A stretch of DNA of 63,953 nt, filler included, from Octopus bimaculoides (Eukaryota), in NCBI RefSeq assembly GCF_001194135.2. It is 5 parts of 5 records of this genome, joined end to end, with 100 filler letters (N's around TTAATTAATTAA, not from the genome) between each part and the next. Parts side by side here need not be neighbours in the genome. Positions count along the whole stretch, not along the records: positions 29,639 to 38,208 come from NC_068993.1; positions 38,309 to 60,520 come from NC_069003.1; 3 more parts are not named here. The stretch is one strand, 5' to 3'. Every line of letters starts with the position of its first letter. The first letter of the stretch is position 1. The translations under genes were made by a program, and so were the position numbers. This document shows, in pieces, positions 35,480 through 49,160 of this stretch. The notes below the pieces were generated by a model, which did not search any database, had not been told where the DNA came from, and saw only the letters and a list, made by a program, of their open reading frames with translations.

Positions 35480-36002
35480 TCATAAATGTTAATGCGTAAA
35501 TATTTATCAAACAACGACCCGCATATCTCCGAATTCATTTCAGCCTAGGATCTCGTTACTTGAATATTCTATAAAAGACGGGGTCATAGGGGTCTTAGTA
35601 AGAGTCACAGCTTGCAGGGTTACGTAAGGTATAAAGAGAGAGACAGTTAATTCACAATAACCGAGTGATTCTTTCGAGTATGATTATGTCGTTGTTCTTT
35701 AGCTCCAGATCGGCCATGATAGAACAAATATAAAGATTAAAGCCATCACAGGCGTCAAGATATTTTATTTTCTCAGACATAGTATACTCCACACAGATTG
35801 CCCTGTATGTCCGCCGTTTTTTAATCTAATAACATGTGATTTGAAAGATATTTGGTTTTGGCCTATAACAGATTAATGATCACAAGGTCATTGCTTTATT
35901 GGAGCGATTCAAGGTTATTTCAAGGAATAATTCAATCCTTCAAGTTTATTGGAGTGATATATAACTAATAAGTGTTTACTGCGCTCACTCATTTGGAGCA
36001 GA

Positions 36003-36125
36003 TATGAGGGTCGGCTGAAAAGATACTTTTACAGAATATGACCAAATAAGGTTTATTTTTCAACCTAGTCCCCCTTGCGGTCTACATTCTTCTTCCATCA
36101 GTGTTACAGTGCTTCGATCCCATTA
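36003..36125 (-). mobile_element. Mariner-type terminal fragment
   Basis: TA+tgagggtcggctgaaaag TIR and mariner-like 3' sequence on the minus strand. Confidence 0.5.
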
Positions 36126-36394
36126 GTGAAGAGCATTCATCAAAAAAGTCACTAACAGCAGATGCGATGTCATCATTATGGAAGGATGGGGCCTCGAAAC
36201 AAGGAGTTGCAGGGGGCCTCTAAAAGTTACGCGACGGAGATGATTCTCCGACATTTCCTCTTTATATCGTAACCAGAAATACACAGTATAGTATTGACCA
36301 CACCTATACAAGAAGCAGAGTGGCTGATGAGATACTACGTGGAGCTCAACTCAACAGTTGCAGCCATACATCTACTGCACACGCATATACACAT

Positions 36395-36627
36395 AAGGCG
36401 GCGAGCTGGCAGAAACGTTAGCACGCCGGGCGAAATGCTTAGCGGTATTTCATCTGCTGCTACGTTCTGAGTTCAAATTCCGCCGAGGTCGACTTTGCCT
36501 TTCATCATTTCGGGGTCGACTAAATAAGTACCAGTTACGCACTGGAGTCGATATATTCGACTTAATCTGTTTGTCTGTGCTTGTTTGTCCCCGCTGTCTG
36601 TAGCCCCTTGTGGGTAGTAAAGAAATA
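36395..36627 (+). mobile_element. SINE family A, full-length with TSD, 'AAAGAAATA'-tail subtype
   Basis: 18-bp TSD gcacacgcatatacacat at 36377-36394 and 36628-36645. Confidence 0.93.
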
Positions 36628-36906
36628 GCACACGCATATACACATGATATATCATAAATGTATATTCGTATGCATTTGTATGTGCGTGCAAGTGTGTATA
36701 CGTTTACACGTTTTTACTATTTTATTTATTTAGCGCTTGAAATGTAGCCATTCTGGCCATCATCATCATAAAAGAATTTAGTTTATTTCAGTATGGCACT
36801 AATTTGAATGGTCTCAATCAAAAAGGTGTTACTGTCTTCGACCTGAAAGAAAACAATACCCAGCTTACGCCTGTAAACATAAAGGCAAAAACAATATAAT
36901 ACTAGA

Positions 36907-37135
36907 GGCGCAGGCGTAGCTATGTGGTAAGAAGCTTGCTTCCAAACCACATGGTTCCCGTGTTCAGTCCCACGCAAGTATATTCTACTATAATCTCGGA
37001 CCGACCAAACTTAACGGTTCGTCAAAAGAGACGGATAGAATAAGTACCAGGCTTAAAAAATAAGCCTTAGAGTCGATTTGTTCAAGACAATGCCCTAGCA
37101 TGGCCGCAGTCAAATGATTGAAACAAGTAAAAGAT
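36907..37135 (+). mobile_element. SINE family B, internally deleted
   Basis: Head ggcgcaggcgtagctatgtggtaagaagc; tail cagtcaaatgattgaaacaagtaaaagata. Confidence 0.8.
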
Positions 37136-38308
37136 ACTCTCTAACGCAAAACACTGAATGTACACCTGTTTAGTAATTACTCTTTGCAGTTTTGACTCTT
37201 TTAAGTACAGTTCTGCATGTAAGCCATGACAATATGTCTATCCTCTCTCGTATACTTCTGTCTACACTCAGACAATACTTGCTATATTATTGTCTACATA
37301 ATACAGAATACAACACCTTTGTTGCTATAATATATCTACTATATCCTTATATTTGTACACAAATCCTTTGTCTGCTGCAAATGTAACATTACATATTCTC
37401 TCGTCTATTATTCTATTTATACTAATGCCTATAACACTGTCGTACGTGTATGCTACAGCTTGCAATCTATTTCATTGTTATATCTGTACTTGTCTACAAT
37501 CCTCCTGATTTATATCTTTACCATTGTATAATGTATACTACAGTGGTGTAGTTATTTTATTTTCCAGTCAACTATTATATCTTCATTACTTTCTGCTATA
37601 TACTTCAATTATATTGCTATGCTAATGCCTCATAATTGTCTCTCTATTACTGTCTTCTGCCAACTTGACTATCCATCTATAATACTATGCCAATGTAATC
37701 TCTATTATTATCAACCATCTACTTCTTTGTTGTATGTATAATTTCTTGCACCTATAGTATATTTGCCACAGCTTTGTAAATTCACGCACACACACACACA
37801 CGTACACACACACATATATATACATACATACATAATACATACATACATACATATATATATTATTTTAAACTTAAACTTCGTTCAACTTGTATTTAAAACA
37901 ATGATAATTTAAAACAATGATAATTTAGGTAAGATGTCTTTTGTATATAATATACATGTTATTATTATGGATGAAGGGATGATTATTGAATGGTTATTAT
38001 TTTGATATTATGATATTTTTAAAATAATTTTTCTATCTTTATATAATAAGTATTTCATATTAATTCATTTGGTACTTATTGTTGGTTGAGATATATATCT
38101 AATTATTGTTCTACTTACGATCTGACGAGTAGCTATATTTTTGAATAGAACTTATTTTCGATAATTTCAATTGATTTTAATCGATTTAAATTTCTTTTCT
38201 ATTTGAAANNNNNNNNNNNNNNNNNNNNNNNNNNNNNNNNNNNNNNNNNNNNTTAATTAATTAANNNNNNNNNNNNNNNNNNNNNNNNNNNNNNNNNNNN
38301 NNNNNNNN

Positions 38309-38736
38309 TTATGTATGTGTGTGTAGATATTTGTGTGTGTGTGTCTGGATATTTTTGTGTGTGTGTGTGTGTGTGTGCGTGTCTGGATATGTGTGTGTGT
38401 GGATATTTGTGTGTTTGTAGATATTTGTGTGTGCATGTGCACATGTATATGTGCCTGTGGATATCTGTGTGCATGCACATGGATATTTGTGTGTTTGTGT
38501 ATATGTTTGTGTGTGCGTATTTATCTATATATGTGGATATTTTCATGTGTATGTGTGTGTGCGTGCACATGGATAATTGTGTGTATAGATACTTGAGTGT
38601 GGATATTGTGTGTGTGTGTGTGAGTGTGTGTGTGTGTGTGTGTGTACGTTCATATATTTGTGTATATATGTGGATATTTGCATGTGTGTGCATGCACACA
38701 TGGATATTTGTGTATGTGGATGTGTGTTCATATATT

Positions 38737-38802
<66 letters not shown>

Positions 38803-38905
38803 GATATTTGCATGTGTATGTGTGTGTGTGGATGCGTGTTGATATATTTGTATATATATATGTGTGTCGATATTTGCATGTGTATGTGTGTGTGTGGATG
38901 CGTGC
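38309..38905. repeat. (TG)/(TA) satellite punctuated by recurrent TGGATATTTG motif
   Basis: Direct inspection. Confidence 0.85.
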
Positions 38906-39339
38906 ATTGTATATGAAAGTTGTATGGTAATTGGTAAGGTTATATGTTTCTGAGTACATCCAATATATCTGGGAGCTAAATATGTTTTTATTTCAATTAT
39001 TAGATTATAAGTAAGAAAACACTACGAGACAGAAGGAACAGTAAACAACAACAACAGCAACAACAACAACAACAAGAAAACTATAGAAAACTGAAGGAAC
39101 GGCAAAAATAACTACAAAACAGAAAAAAAAAAAATAATGCAATTCCATAATTTTTTTTGTTTTTGTTTTTAAAAGATAAATATATAAAGAAATACAAAAA
39201 TAACCCCACCAAAAACCTTGCTTCCTGGTTGCTGTGTCCAAATTACAGCAGAGTCAAAAGCAGAAATGGAGAAATGTATTGAGAAAGAAACATGGAGAAA
39301 TGATAAGAGGAATTTTCCATTGCAGAACTATTATAGCTA

Positions 39340-39608
39340 GACTGGATGGTGGTGGTTGTGGTGATGATGATGATGGTAGTGGTGGTGGTGGTAGTAGGGT
39401 GATGATGGTGGTGGTGATGATGATAGTGGCATTGTTGTTATTTGGTGGTGGTGGTGGTGATGGTGGTGTGTTTGTAGTGATGATGATGATGATGATGATG
39501 ATGGTAGTGGTGGTGGTGGTGATGATGATGGTGGCATTGTTGTTATTTGGTGGTGGTGGTGGTGATGGTGGTTGGTGATAATGATGGTAGTGGTGTGGTT
39601 GTTGTTGA

Positions 39609-39642
<34 letters not shown>

Positions 39643-39770
39643 GGTGACGATGATGGTAAAGTCAGTGATGATTCTAGTATGATAGTGAGAGTGGTGGTGG
39701 TGACGATGGCGATAATGGTAGTGATGATGATGATGAAGATTATCATGATGATGATGATGATAATAATGAC
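39340..39770. repeat. (GGT)n/(GAT)n low-complexity tract with internal duplication
   Basis: 'gtggcattgttgttatttggtggtggtggtggtgatggtgg' occurs twice. Confidence 0.9.
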
Positions 39771-40195
39771 AGATAAAAAAAAAAAGAAAAGGAAAATATT
39801 GATATCAATCTTATCCTATCTTCTTCCTTTTCCTTCTCTTTTCCTTCCATTACGAATGTATACAGTTAAAGAGAGATTAGATTTGGCAGCATAGAATAAC
39901 AACTTAATAATTGGCTTAGTTCATTTACATTCTGGATTTTTTGATTAGCAATCAGCATATGAATTGAATCTATGAACAATCAATAGGTCTTTTGTGTCTA
40001 TGTCTTAGGTTCCACCGAGAAAATAACATGCAGTGTGCACAGAATACATTTCACAGATCAATAACTATAACAGTAAATTATTATCGCATGGTGTGTTGTA
40101 TTGTGTGAAAACAGATGGCGTACTAGCAAAAGGTCTGTTGACAGTATGAAATAAGGTTGCGCCAGTGAGGGCCTCCATTGCGCAAAATGGACCAC

Positions 40196-40425
40196 AGCGG
40201 CGAGCTGGCAGAAATGTTAGCACGCCGGGCGAAATGCTTAGCGGTATTTCGTCTGCCGTTACGTTCTGAGTTCAAATTCCGCCGAGGTCGACTTTGCTTT
40301 TCATCCTTTCGGGGTCGATAAATTAAGTACCAGTTATGCACTGGGGTCGATGTAATCGACTTAATCCCTTTGTCTGTCCTTGTTTGTCCCCTCTATGTTT
40401 AGCCCTTTGTGGGCAATAAAGAAAT
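40196..40425 (+). mobile_element. SINE family A, full-length with TSD, 'AAAGAAATA'-tail subtype
   Basis: 12-bp TSD aaaatggaccac at 40184-40195 and 40426-40437. Confidence 0.93.
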
Positions 40426-41148
40426 AAAATGGACCACGTGTCTGCCTATGTATGTACAGGCATGGATAAGGTTTCTTGAGGAAGACTGGCAGAGGTGCAT
40501 GCATGTAAGCCTTCCTTCTCATGGTCGTTGTCATCCAGCAACATTGTTTTACTGTGCACTTTTCCATGTTTGCATGGGTGGGACAGAATTTGTTAGGGGT
40601 GGATTTCCTTGCAAGACAGAAAAAAAGTTGTCAACAAACAGCCACCGGACTTGAACCTGCATCTCTCAGAGACTGGCTGAGCACTTTACCATGTTGATTA
40701 TATTTAGTGGCCAAGCACTCTACAGACACACATACCCTTAACAGACACACACACACACACACTCATATATTTTTGTGCTTAGTTTTCCTCTACCAAAATC
40801 CCCCACACAATGTGTTGATGAACCCAAAGCTATTTTAGAAGACACTCAAACTGCCATATATCAGATCTGGAATCAAATACTTAGAAGTCAATATTCTGAA
40901 CTGTATCAACAGAAGAAGGTCTTGTGTAAGGCGATGTATTTCCTTTTATTACACAAGATCTGCCTTTAAAATATCATTATTTGGCTTGAATTCATTATCA
41001 CAACTTATATGACTTGATGCAAGAAGAAACTAGCCACCCCTGACTCTATTTATGCAGATATTCTCACAAGAAATTGGAGTAGTTTGCTGTGTTTGGCCTG
41101 AGTCAAAAGTTCTGGTACCATGTATTGCTTCTAAGCCAAACATGAAGT

Positions 41149-41517
41149 GTGGCAGTGTGGTAAGAAGTTGGCTTGTCAACCACATGGTTCTGGGTTCAGT
41201 CCCACTGTGTGGAACCTTGGGCAAATGTCTTCTATTATAGCCTCAAGTAAACTAAAACCCTGTGTGTGGATTTGGTAATCAGAAAAGAGCTTGTCGTATA
41301 TATATGTGTGTGTGTGTGTGTCTTTGTGTTTGTCCCCAGCACTGCTTGACAACTAGTGGTGGTATGTTTACATCCCATAACTTAGCAGTTCGACAAAATA
41401 GACAGATACCAATAAGTATCAGGCTTCAAAAGAATACAGGTGTAGAGTCATTTGACAAAATTTTTTTGAGGCAGAGCTCCAGCATGACCGCAACCTAATG
41501 ACTGAAACAAGTAAAGA
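41149..41517 (+). mobile_element. SINE family B, near full-length
   Basis: Head, internal (TG)n, tail 'atgactgaaacaagtaaagaata'. Confidence 0.85.
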
Positions 41518-41891
41518 ATAATATATTTGTGTGTGTGCAAGAGTATGGCCTATATCGATACTAATGTATGCATACACACATTGAGTCACCTATCTGAAGT
41601 GTAAGGCACTTGGTATTAGGAAGAGCAACCGACTGTGAAAATTATGCCGAAGCTGAGTCATTAGAGCATGACATGGTCCTCTCACCCACTGAACTATCTC
41701 CCATAAGACAGCATGGAAAATGGAGGGGGGGGGGGTGATGCTGATGATTATCTAAACACATTTGTACTTTGAATATACAAACAGTCACAAAGACAACACA
41801 CAAACACATCACTAATTTGTGTGAAAAGTTGAAAGAGGGAGAGGTAGAAAACAATGAACAAGTAGTGTGCGAGTGTATGTATGTATGTATG

Positions 41892-41924
<33 letters not shown>

Positions 41925-41930
<6 letters not shown>

Positions 41931-42175
41931 TCGTTTAACATCTGCCTTCAATGCTCATATGGGTTGGAAAGTTTGACAGGAGTTGGCCAGGCAGAAGACT
42001 GTACCAGACTTCTGTGTCTGTTTTGGAATGGTTTTTTTTACGGCTGGATGCCCCTCCTAACGCCAACCACTCTGCAAAGTGGACTGGGTGCTTTTCCAAA
42101 TGTTAACCACTTTACAGTGTGGACTGGATGCTTTTTATGTGGCACCAGCACTGGCAGGGTCACCAAGTAACTTGT
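41925..42175 (-). mobile_element. Family E (RTE-like 3' end with (GAT)n tail)
   Basis: catcgtttaacatc..ggctggatgcccctcctaacgccaaccact. Confidence 0.6.
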
Positions 42176-42206
42176 AAACAAAAGTCCTTTGAGAGGGGAG
42201 GGAGAA

Positions 42207-42425
42207 TATGAGGGTTTGCTTAAACGTTCCTGGTTTTAAGGGTATCATGAAAGGCCTGGTTGAAGTGCTAACCTTCCAAGTTCTTTTACAGGGTTCAGAA
42301 AAACTGAAGGACCACTACAATAAGTGTGTGAAGATGAGAGAGGAATAGGCTGAATAAAATCACAATTAACTGATCCATTGACATTTTCTTTTATCCAAAG
42401 CCAGAAATTTTTTAGCAACCCCTTA
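42207..42425 (+). mobile_element. Mariner-derived MITE with both TIRs
   Basis: TA-tgagggtttgcttaaacgttcctggtttt ... aaagccagaaattttttagcaaccccT-TA; interior retains mariner C-terminal remnants. Confidence 0.75.
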
Positions 42426-42589
42426 TGTATAACAAACTATGTGTAACAAGAGAAGTAGACCTCAATATTGCTAGAAACAGAGGACTAAATTTATAAAACG
42501 ACAATGTTGGAATAGATATTCAGGACTGAGTTTCTGTATAACAACTCATTAATTGCTGCACTTATATATATATTGTTAATTGGCTCCAG

Positions 42590-43440
42590 GAGACATGATT
42601 TAAGTTGAATTAACTTGTCTCTAGGCTAGGTGAGGCTGAATTTACTTGTCTCTAGGCTAAACCGATAATAAACATTCCCAGTTCTGTACTTTATTTAGGA
42701 ATGCATTTTCAATAATACATGCTTAATAAAAACCTATATTAAGCTTACAAACAATTTTTAAAAGTTTTGACAGTGTTCTTCGTCCCTGGGGCTTCAGATT
42801 TGATATGTGCTAAAATCTTGTCATTATTATGTGCAATCATTGATACAGTTGTCCGACATCCCAAAAGATTGTGCAATTGCTACCACTTTCTCACCTTTGT
42901 TGTGGTGTTTTATCCTAGCCAGTCTATCTTCCAGCATTATAGCAGGATGCTTAGCAGTTTCACTATGAATTTTCTTAGGCGTCATGGGGGCAAAGAATAA
43001 GGTCACAAATGAATGAGAAAGTAGCTGATAAACAGGTGTAAACAAATTTGAATTCAAAACAATTGTGGGAATCAGGACCTAACGGTAGATATCAGAACTA
43101 CAGTACAATATGAGCTCCAAAAGACTGATAAATAAGACGATATGGCTGATTTCATGGTTTTGTTCACTAAGTTACACTACTTTATGGTGTGTATCTTAAC
43201 ATTTACCGTATATATTTTAATATGATTTTATATGCTTTTATTCTTATTTATTGTAAGGTAACATGATTTTATGTGCTTTTAAAGGTTTCCTAGTGATTTT
43301 ATGATTCCAATATTTGTGGCGGACAGACATAAAGTCGAGTAAAATGACTTAACTGGATTTTTATTTTTCCATATATTAGTTTTGAAAACCGACATATAAT
43401 CGAGAATGACTTAAATCAAAATGACTTAAGCCAAGGTACG
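42590..43440 (-). mobile_element. Tigger/pogo-derived element with transposase N-terminal (CENP-B HTH) remnant
   Basis: MTPKKIHSETAKHPAIMLEDRLARIKHHNKGEKVVAIAQSFGMS from ~42985; terminal 'gtaccttggcttaagtc' with repeated ttaagtcatt. Confidence 0.7.
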
Positions 43441-43461
43441 TTTGTGTATGTATATATACCG

Positions 43462-43653
43462 CGTGACTGGTCCTTGTGCTGGTGGCATGTAAAAGCACCC
43501 ACTACACTCTTGGAGTGGTTGGCATTAGGAAGGGCATCCAGCTGTAGAAACTCTGCCAGATCAGATTGTAGCCTGGTGCAGCCATCTGGTTCAGCAGTCC
43601 TCAGTCAAATCGTCCAACCCATGCTAGCATGGAAAGCGGACGTTAAATGATGA

Positions 43654-43657
<4 letters not shown>
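43462..43657 (+). mobile_element. Family E (RTE-like 3' end)
   Basis: gtggttggcattaggaagggcatccagctgtagaaac..catggaaagcggacgttaaatgatgatgat. Confidence 0.7.
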
Positions 43658-43707
<50 letters not shown>

Positions 43708-43764
43708 GAATTAACTAGACAATTGGATGTTGTTTTATGCTACTGATCACAATGCACTTTCTCA

Positions 43765-43983
43765 CAGTGTCGCAGCTTTCAAATTATGCCACCATGCTCT
43801 GGCTAGGGGTGGGTAGCCAAATATTCTCCCCATTTAGAATGCCAGTCCTTTGCAGGGTTACCCATTTACAGATGAGTGGACTGAAGCAAACATGAAATGA
43901 AGTGTTTTTGCTCAAGAACAACATGCTAGAATTGAAACCATGATCTTGTGATCATGATGGCAACAACCTAAATGCTAAGCCAT
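43765..43983 (-). mobile_element. SINE family D
   Basis: Homologous to 20905-21175. Confidence 0.6.
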
Positions 43984-44810
43984 ACACACACACACACACG
44001 CACACACACAGGGAGAGAGAGAAAGAGAGAAGAGGGACATAAAGTGCACTTGTTCTTTTATTACAGTTCAGGCTATTGACATGTTGTACAAAGTAGTTAT
44101 TGAGGAGATGCAGTAAAAATCATTAAAACCATTTAAAAGAAAGAGAGAGACTGAGTAACACTGGAATCTTACATCTGCACAGATGTGTCCCGCTCCACCG
44201 TTCCTCCTACAGCATCAGACCCTCCCCCTGCTCTCAACAGCACCCACCCACCTCATGAGAAAACTGGTTAAACGACCGCCGCTTCAACTAATCTATGTCT
44301 AGTTCTAAGAAAATGACCGTCTTAAAAGACATTACATCAAGCTGGTTTATTATGCTCACACTGCTTGTTGCATGGAGTGTTTTTATCACATCAGCTACAG
44401 GCACTTAGTCTTCGAAACAGTGAATAGCGAAGGCAAAGGTGGATGGAACGGTAATTGCTGTCCTGAGAGAAGAAGAAGAAGAAAAACCTCTTAAGCCAAA
44501 AGAACAGTCACTTGGAAATAAAGAACCAGATACAAAGCAGAAGTGGATGATAAATGCAGAATGGAGAATAAAATGGAAAATTGGTACTGAATATGTTTTT
44601 GGAATATTGTGAATTGTCCTCTGGAATCTTGTATGTGTGGAAGGAGTGTGAATCACTTGATTCTCAGGAGGTTACCTTATATCTCAGCAGTTAACAGTTG
44701 CTTGTTCATTTATATTAGTTAACAGTTAACATACATAATAGTTAACAATTCTGATATCTTCTTGTATAGTAGTTAAAAGCTATTACAAATAATAGTTAAC
44801 AGCTGCTATA

Positions 44811-45328
44811 TACTCTTTTACTCTTTTACTTGTTTCAGTCATTTGACTGTGGCCATGCTGGAGCACCGCCATTTTTAGTCGAGCTAATCGACCCCAGGAC
44901 TTATTCTTTGGAAGCCTAGTACTTATTCTATCGGTCTGTTTTTGCCAAACTGCTAAGTTACGGAGACGTAAACACACCAGCATCGGTTGTCAAGCNNNNN
45001 NNNNNNNNNNNNNNNNNNNNNNNNNNNNNNNNNNNNNNNNNNNNNNNNNNNNNNNNNNNNNNNNNNNNNNNNNNNNNNNNNNNNNNNNNNNNNNNNNNNN
45101 NNNNNNNNNNNNNNNNNNNNNNNNNNNNACACACATATATATATATATATATATAAATACATATATACGATGGGCTTCTTTCAGTTTCTGTCTACCAAAT
45201 CCATTCACAAGGCTTTGGTCAGCCTGAGGCTATAGTAGAAGACACTTGCCCAAGGTGCTATGCAGTGGGACTGAACCCGGAACCATGTGGTTGGTAAGTA
45301 AGCTACTTACCACACAGCCACTCCTGCA
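44811..45328 (-). mobile_element. SINE family B, full-length, gap inside
   Basis: Tail (ctcttttact)2 and head 'accacacagccactcctgcacc' on the reverse strand. Confidence 0.88.
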
Positions 45329-45419
45329 CCTATAGATAGATAGATAGATAGATGGAGATATGGAGAGATAGATAGAGATATGGAGAGATAGATAGAGAGA
45401 TAGATAGATAGATAGAGAT

Positions 45420-45464
<45 letters not shown>

Positions 45465-45805
45465 GATATGGAGAGATAGATAGATAGGTAGAAAGTAAGT
45501 GAAGGAGTGATGGCGCGTGTTGAGTCATGGATGATTTTCCCCTATATAATCAATAATAAAATGCTTATAGCTGTTATTTGTGTTATTGTTTGTCTTCACA
45601 CATTGTAACTGTTAAGGCTTTCGTTTTCTAAGGCTGCAAACAAAATACATTATTGTAACGTTGAATTTCTTACATAAACGTGCACATTTGCAGCTTAGTA
45701 ATTGCACCATTTAAGTTTTCAAGACTATGCAATGTTTGCACCACATGGCAGTATTGATATATGGGGGAAACACTGAACTCTAAATAATGATGTATGCAAG
45801 AAGTA

Positions 45806-45836
<31 letters not shown>

Positions 45837-45864
45837 GTGTGCGCATATATATATATATACACAT

Positions 45865-45965
45865 ATATGATCATCATCATTATCATTTAATGTCTGCTTT
45901 CCATGCTGGCATGGGTTGGATGGTTTGGAAGGAGCTCCACAAGCAGAAGACTGCACCAGGCTTCA
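45865..45965 (-). mobile_element. Family E 3' end
   Basis: catcatttaatgtctgctttccatgctggcatgggttgg. Confidence 0.6.
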
Positions 45966-46009
45966 CTGTTTTACACACACACACACACACACACACGCAT
46001 GTATGTATG

Positions 46010-46040
<31 letters not shown>

Positions 46041-46669
46041 TTGCATGTATATGTGTATGGTTGCAAGTATATATGTATGTTTGTAGTGTGTGTACATGCT
46101 TGTAGTATGTATGCATGTATGTGTGCATGCTTGTATGTATGTATGTGTGCAATATATGTGTATGTATGTGCATATTTCCAAGAGAGCAAGTATGTGTGTG
46201 TTTATGAATGTTTATACGTATTCCGCAGGTGTACATATGCAAATACAATTCAAGTGCTCTTTAATTCTATAGCTTGTTTTAACTGTCAGAGTCGAGGCCA
46301 GGCTGCAGCACCGAGTCCTACTTTCCAATACCATTTTTCAACGATTAAAAGGTGATAGGTAATCAGTGACAGGTAATTGTGTGTGTGTGTGTGTGTGTGT
46401 GAAAGCGAGAGAAAGAGACAGACATACAGGTGGTCAGACAGGTGAGGGAGAAAGAAAGTGAGGGCGAGAGAAGTGGATAAATTAAAAATACCTGAGACAT
46501 ATTTACTTGACGCATGGCATATATCCGAACACGGAGTTTGTTGCTCCTGTGGTTGTTGTTGTTGTTGTTGTTGTTGTTGTTAGTGTCCACTTGTTTAGAC
46601 ATAGTGACACTTTTTGCTTTGACCACCACCACGTCAACGATTTGGAGTTTGGGAACATACACGAAATGT

Positions 46670-47400
46670 GGTCGGAGTGAGAAGAAAGATTGGAGGAGAG
46701 AGGAGGAGGGAGAGAGGAAGAGACAGAGAGAGTAGGAGGGAGAGAGAGGAAGAGACAGAGGGTGAAGGCAGAGAAGTGTGATAGATGGACGAGGATTAGA
46801 GGGATGCAAAAGAGAAATGAGAGGAAGAGAGTGAGGGAGGGGGAGAGAGGAGCAATAAAGGGAGAGAATGAGAGAGACGTAGAAGAGGGAAGTTAGAGAG
46901 AGGATAATAGAGAGGATTAGAGGGATGCAGAAGAGAGATGAAAGGAAGGAAGAGAGTAAGAGAGGGGGAGGGAGAAAAGAATGATAGATGGAGAGGATTA
47001 GAGGGAGGTAGAAGAGAGGAAAGGAAGAAAGATAGAGAGGGAGGAGGAGGGAGAGATGAGTGACAGATAAGGAAGGGTTAGAGGGAAGTACAAGCAAGAC
47101 AATAGGAAGAAAGACTGTGAGGAAGGGGGAGGGATAGATAGGGAAGGGTTAGAGGGAGGTATGAGAGGAGAGAGAGAGAGAGGTAGAGAAAGAGGGAGAA
47201 AAGAAAAAAAAGAGAGGTATAATAAAGAAGAGGATGAGACTGAAGAAGACAAATGGTTGAAAACTAAAGAAAGATGAGGATAAAAAAATGGAGAGAAAGG
47301 AAAAGAAATGAAAAGGAGAATATAAATGGTAGAAGAATGAAAGAGAAAAGAGAAAAAATAGAGAAGTATGATGAAAAGGATGTGAGAGATGATGAAATAA
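46670..47400. repeat. Polypurine (GA-rich) low-complexity tract
   Basis: ~700 bp almost pyrimidine-free on +, with recurrent gaggattagaggga units. Confidence 0.85.
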
Positions 47401-48799
47401 TACAAAGAAGAATTGGAAGAAAACAAGTCTCGCAGAAGGTAAGCGGGATTGCCTGCCAAAAAAACGAAGATCTCATCAGAAGACAAAGAAAGGTCTTATG
47501 TTCTATTGTGAGAACAGGATGTTTGTTACCCCGATTGTCCTTTAAAATCTTATTCAAAGTGGCCCCTGTACTCACGACTAACTGGTCTGAGGGGCAAAGG
47601 AAAATATGGTCGATCTCATCTATGCTGTAACAATGTTTTGCAGGAAATGAAGGAACTTTAAACATTATGAAATAGAAACCTGAATGTGACATTCATTCAC
47701 ATTCATAGCTGATCTAAGGTGTGTGTATATATATATATATGGAAGTTGGTGACTGAATAGCAGTGAAAGTAGTCCTGATAATGAGCAATTAACAGCAACA
47801 GTAGTGTGTATATACATACATATATATATATATATATATATCAATACTTGTGTGTATGTATGTAGGTCGGTAGGTATGTGCGTAAGCACACAGTGAGAGA
47901 AGAATCAGGTTGCGTATTTGTGTGGAGATGTGCAGGTAGGTATAAACATAAACTTGCACGAGTTTACTTGTTGTGTCCAGAGAACGCACGTATAAATACA
48001 GAGTAAATCTATAACTGTCGAGTTCAGATTTATAAAATTGATGTCCCAGGTGTGATGTCGGAGACATATAAAAACAAACACAAAAAATGTGTCTGCACAC
48101 ACACACACATATATATATATAACTAAAATGAAAAAATATTAAAAATACAAAAAAAAAAAAAGTAAACAAAGCAGGTAACATTGACATTTGTGAAACAAAA
48201 AGGTTGGCAGGATTAGTTTGAATTGAACAGGATAAGAGGACTTGATAAATCAATGGACGCTAGGTTATTGTTGTTTATGATGCATGAAGATGGTGGTGAT
48301 GGAGGAGATGGTGATGTTGCAGTGAGAGTGATGGTGGTGGTGGGGGGGGGGGTCAAAAAGGCAATTAATTATAGGCTTGATGAGGTTGCTGCTGCTGCTG
48401 CTGAGGGTGGATTGTTGGGGTGGGGAGAAGAGCTAGTGGTAGTAGTGGAAGAAGATGAGGCGATGGTGGTGGTGATGACAACAGTTGTGGTGGTCTTAGT
48501 AATTGCAGTAGCGAGGAAAAGTAGTGGTGGTTGAGGGGGTGACGATAATGATCGATTCGTTAAAGATGATGGCAGTGTAAAGAAGCCATAGAGATGATGG
48601 TGATGATGATGATGATGCAGGTGTTGAANNNNNNNNNNNNNNNNNNNNNNNNNNNNNNNNNNNNNNNNNNNNNNNNNNNNNNNNNNNNNNNNNNNNNNNN
48701 NNNNNNNNNNNNNNNNNNNNNNNNNNNNNNGCGAGGTCCCTTCATATATATATATATATGAAGGGACCTCGCTTCACCCCGCCTGAGAGTTGAAACCAA

Positions 48800-48945
48800 A
48801 TCTACCCACTTGTTGCTTGTCAAATCCACTCACAAGGCTTTGGTTGGCCCAAGGTTATACTAGAAGGCACTTGCCCAAGCTGCCACACAGTGGGACTGAA
48901 CCTGGAACCATGTGGATGGGAAGCAATTCTCCTTACCATAGCCAT
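48800..48945 (-). mobile_element. SINE family B, 5' part
   Basis: caaatccactcacaaggctttgg..gggactgaacctggaaccatgtgg. Confidence 0.78.
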
Positions 48946-48959
48946 GTTTACATCTGTAC

Positions 48960-49160
48960 AGGTGAACGCTCGTGCATTCTTGTCTTGGCATTGTGTGATA
49001 GTAAAGCAGTGTCATTCATTTCCAGTTTTCTGCCATGGGGGAACATTATCTTGCTTAGAAACAAGTGAGGGTTGGTGGCAGGAAGGGCATCCAGCCATTG
49101 AAAAAATTTTGCCTCAGTGAATTGCATCTGACCTATGCAGTTAATATGGTAAAGCGGAAG
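48960..49160 (+). mobile_element. Family E
   Basis: ggttggtggcaggaagggcatccagcc. Confidence 0.55.

Noticed and set aside
44400-44630. Charged open frames after an acceptor-like site (AKVDGTVIAVLREEEEEKPLKP..)
   Set aside because: Best acceptor leads to early stops, the sequence is (GAA)n-driven, and no family is recognised.
48731-48772. Perfect palindrome gcgaggtcccttca-(TA)n-tgaagggacctcgc
   Set aside because: Starts exactly at a contig edge and is centred on self-complementary (TA)n; typical fold-back library or assembly artefact. Needs read support.
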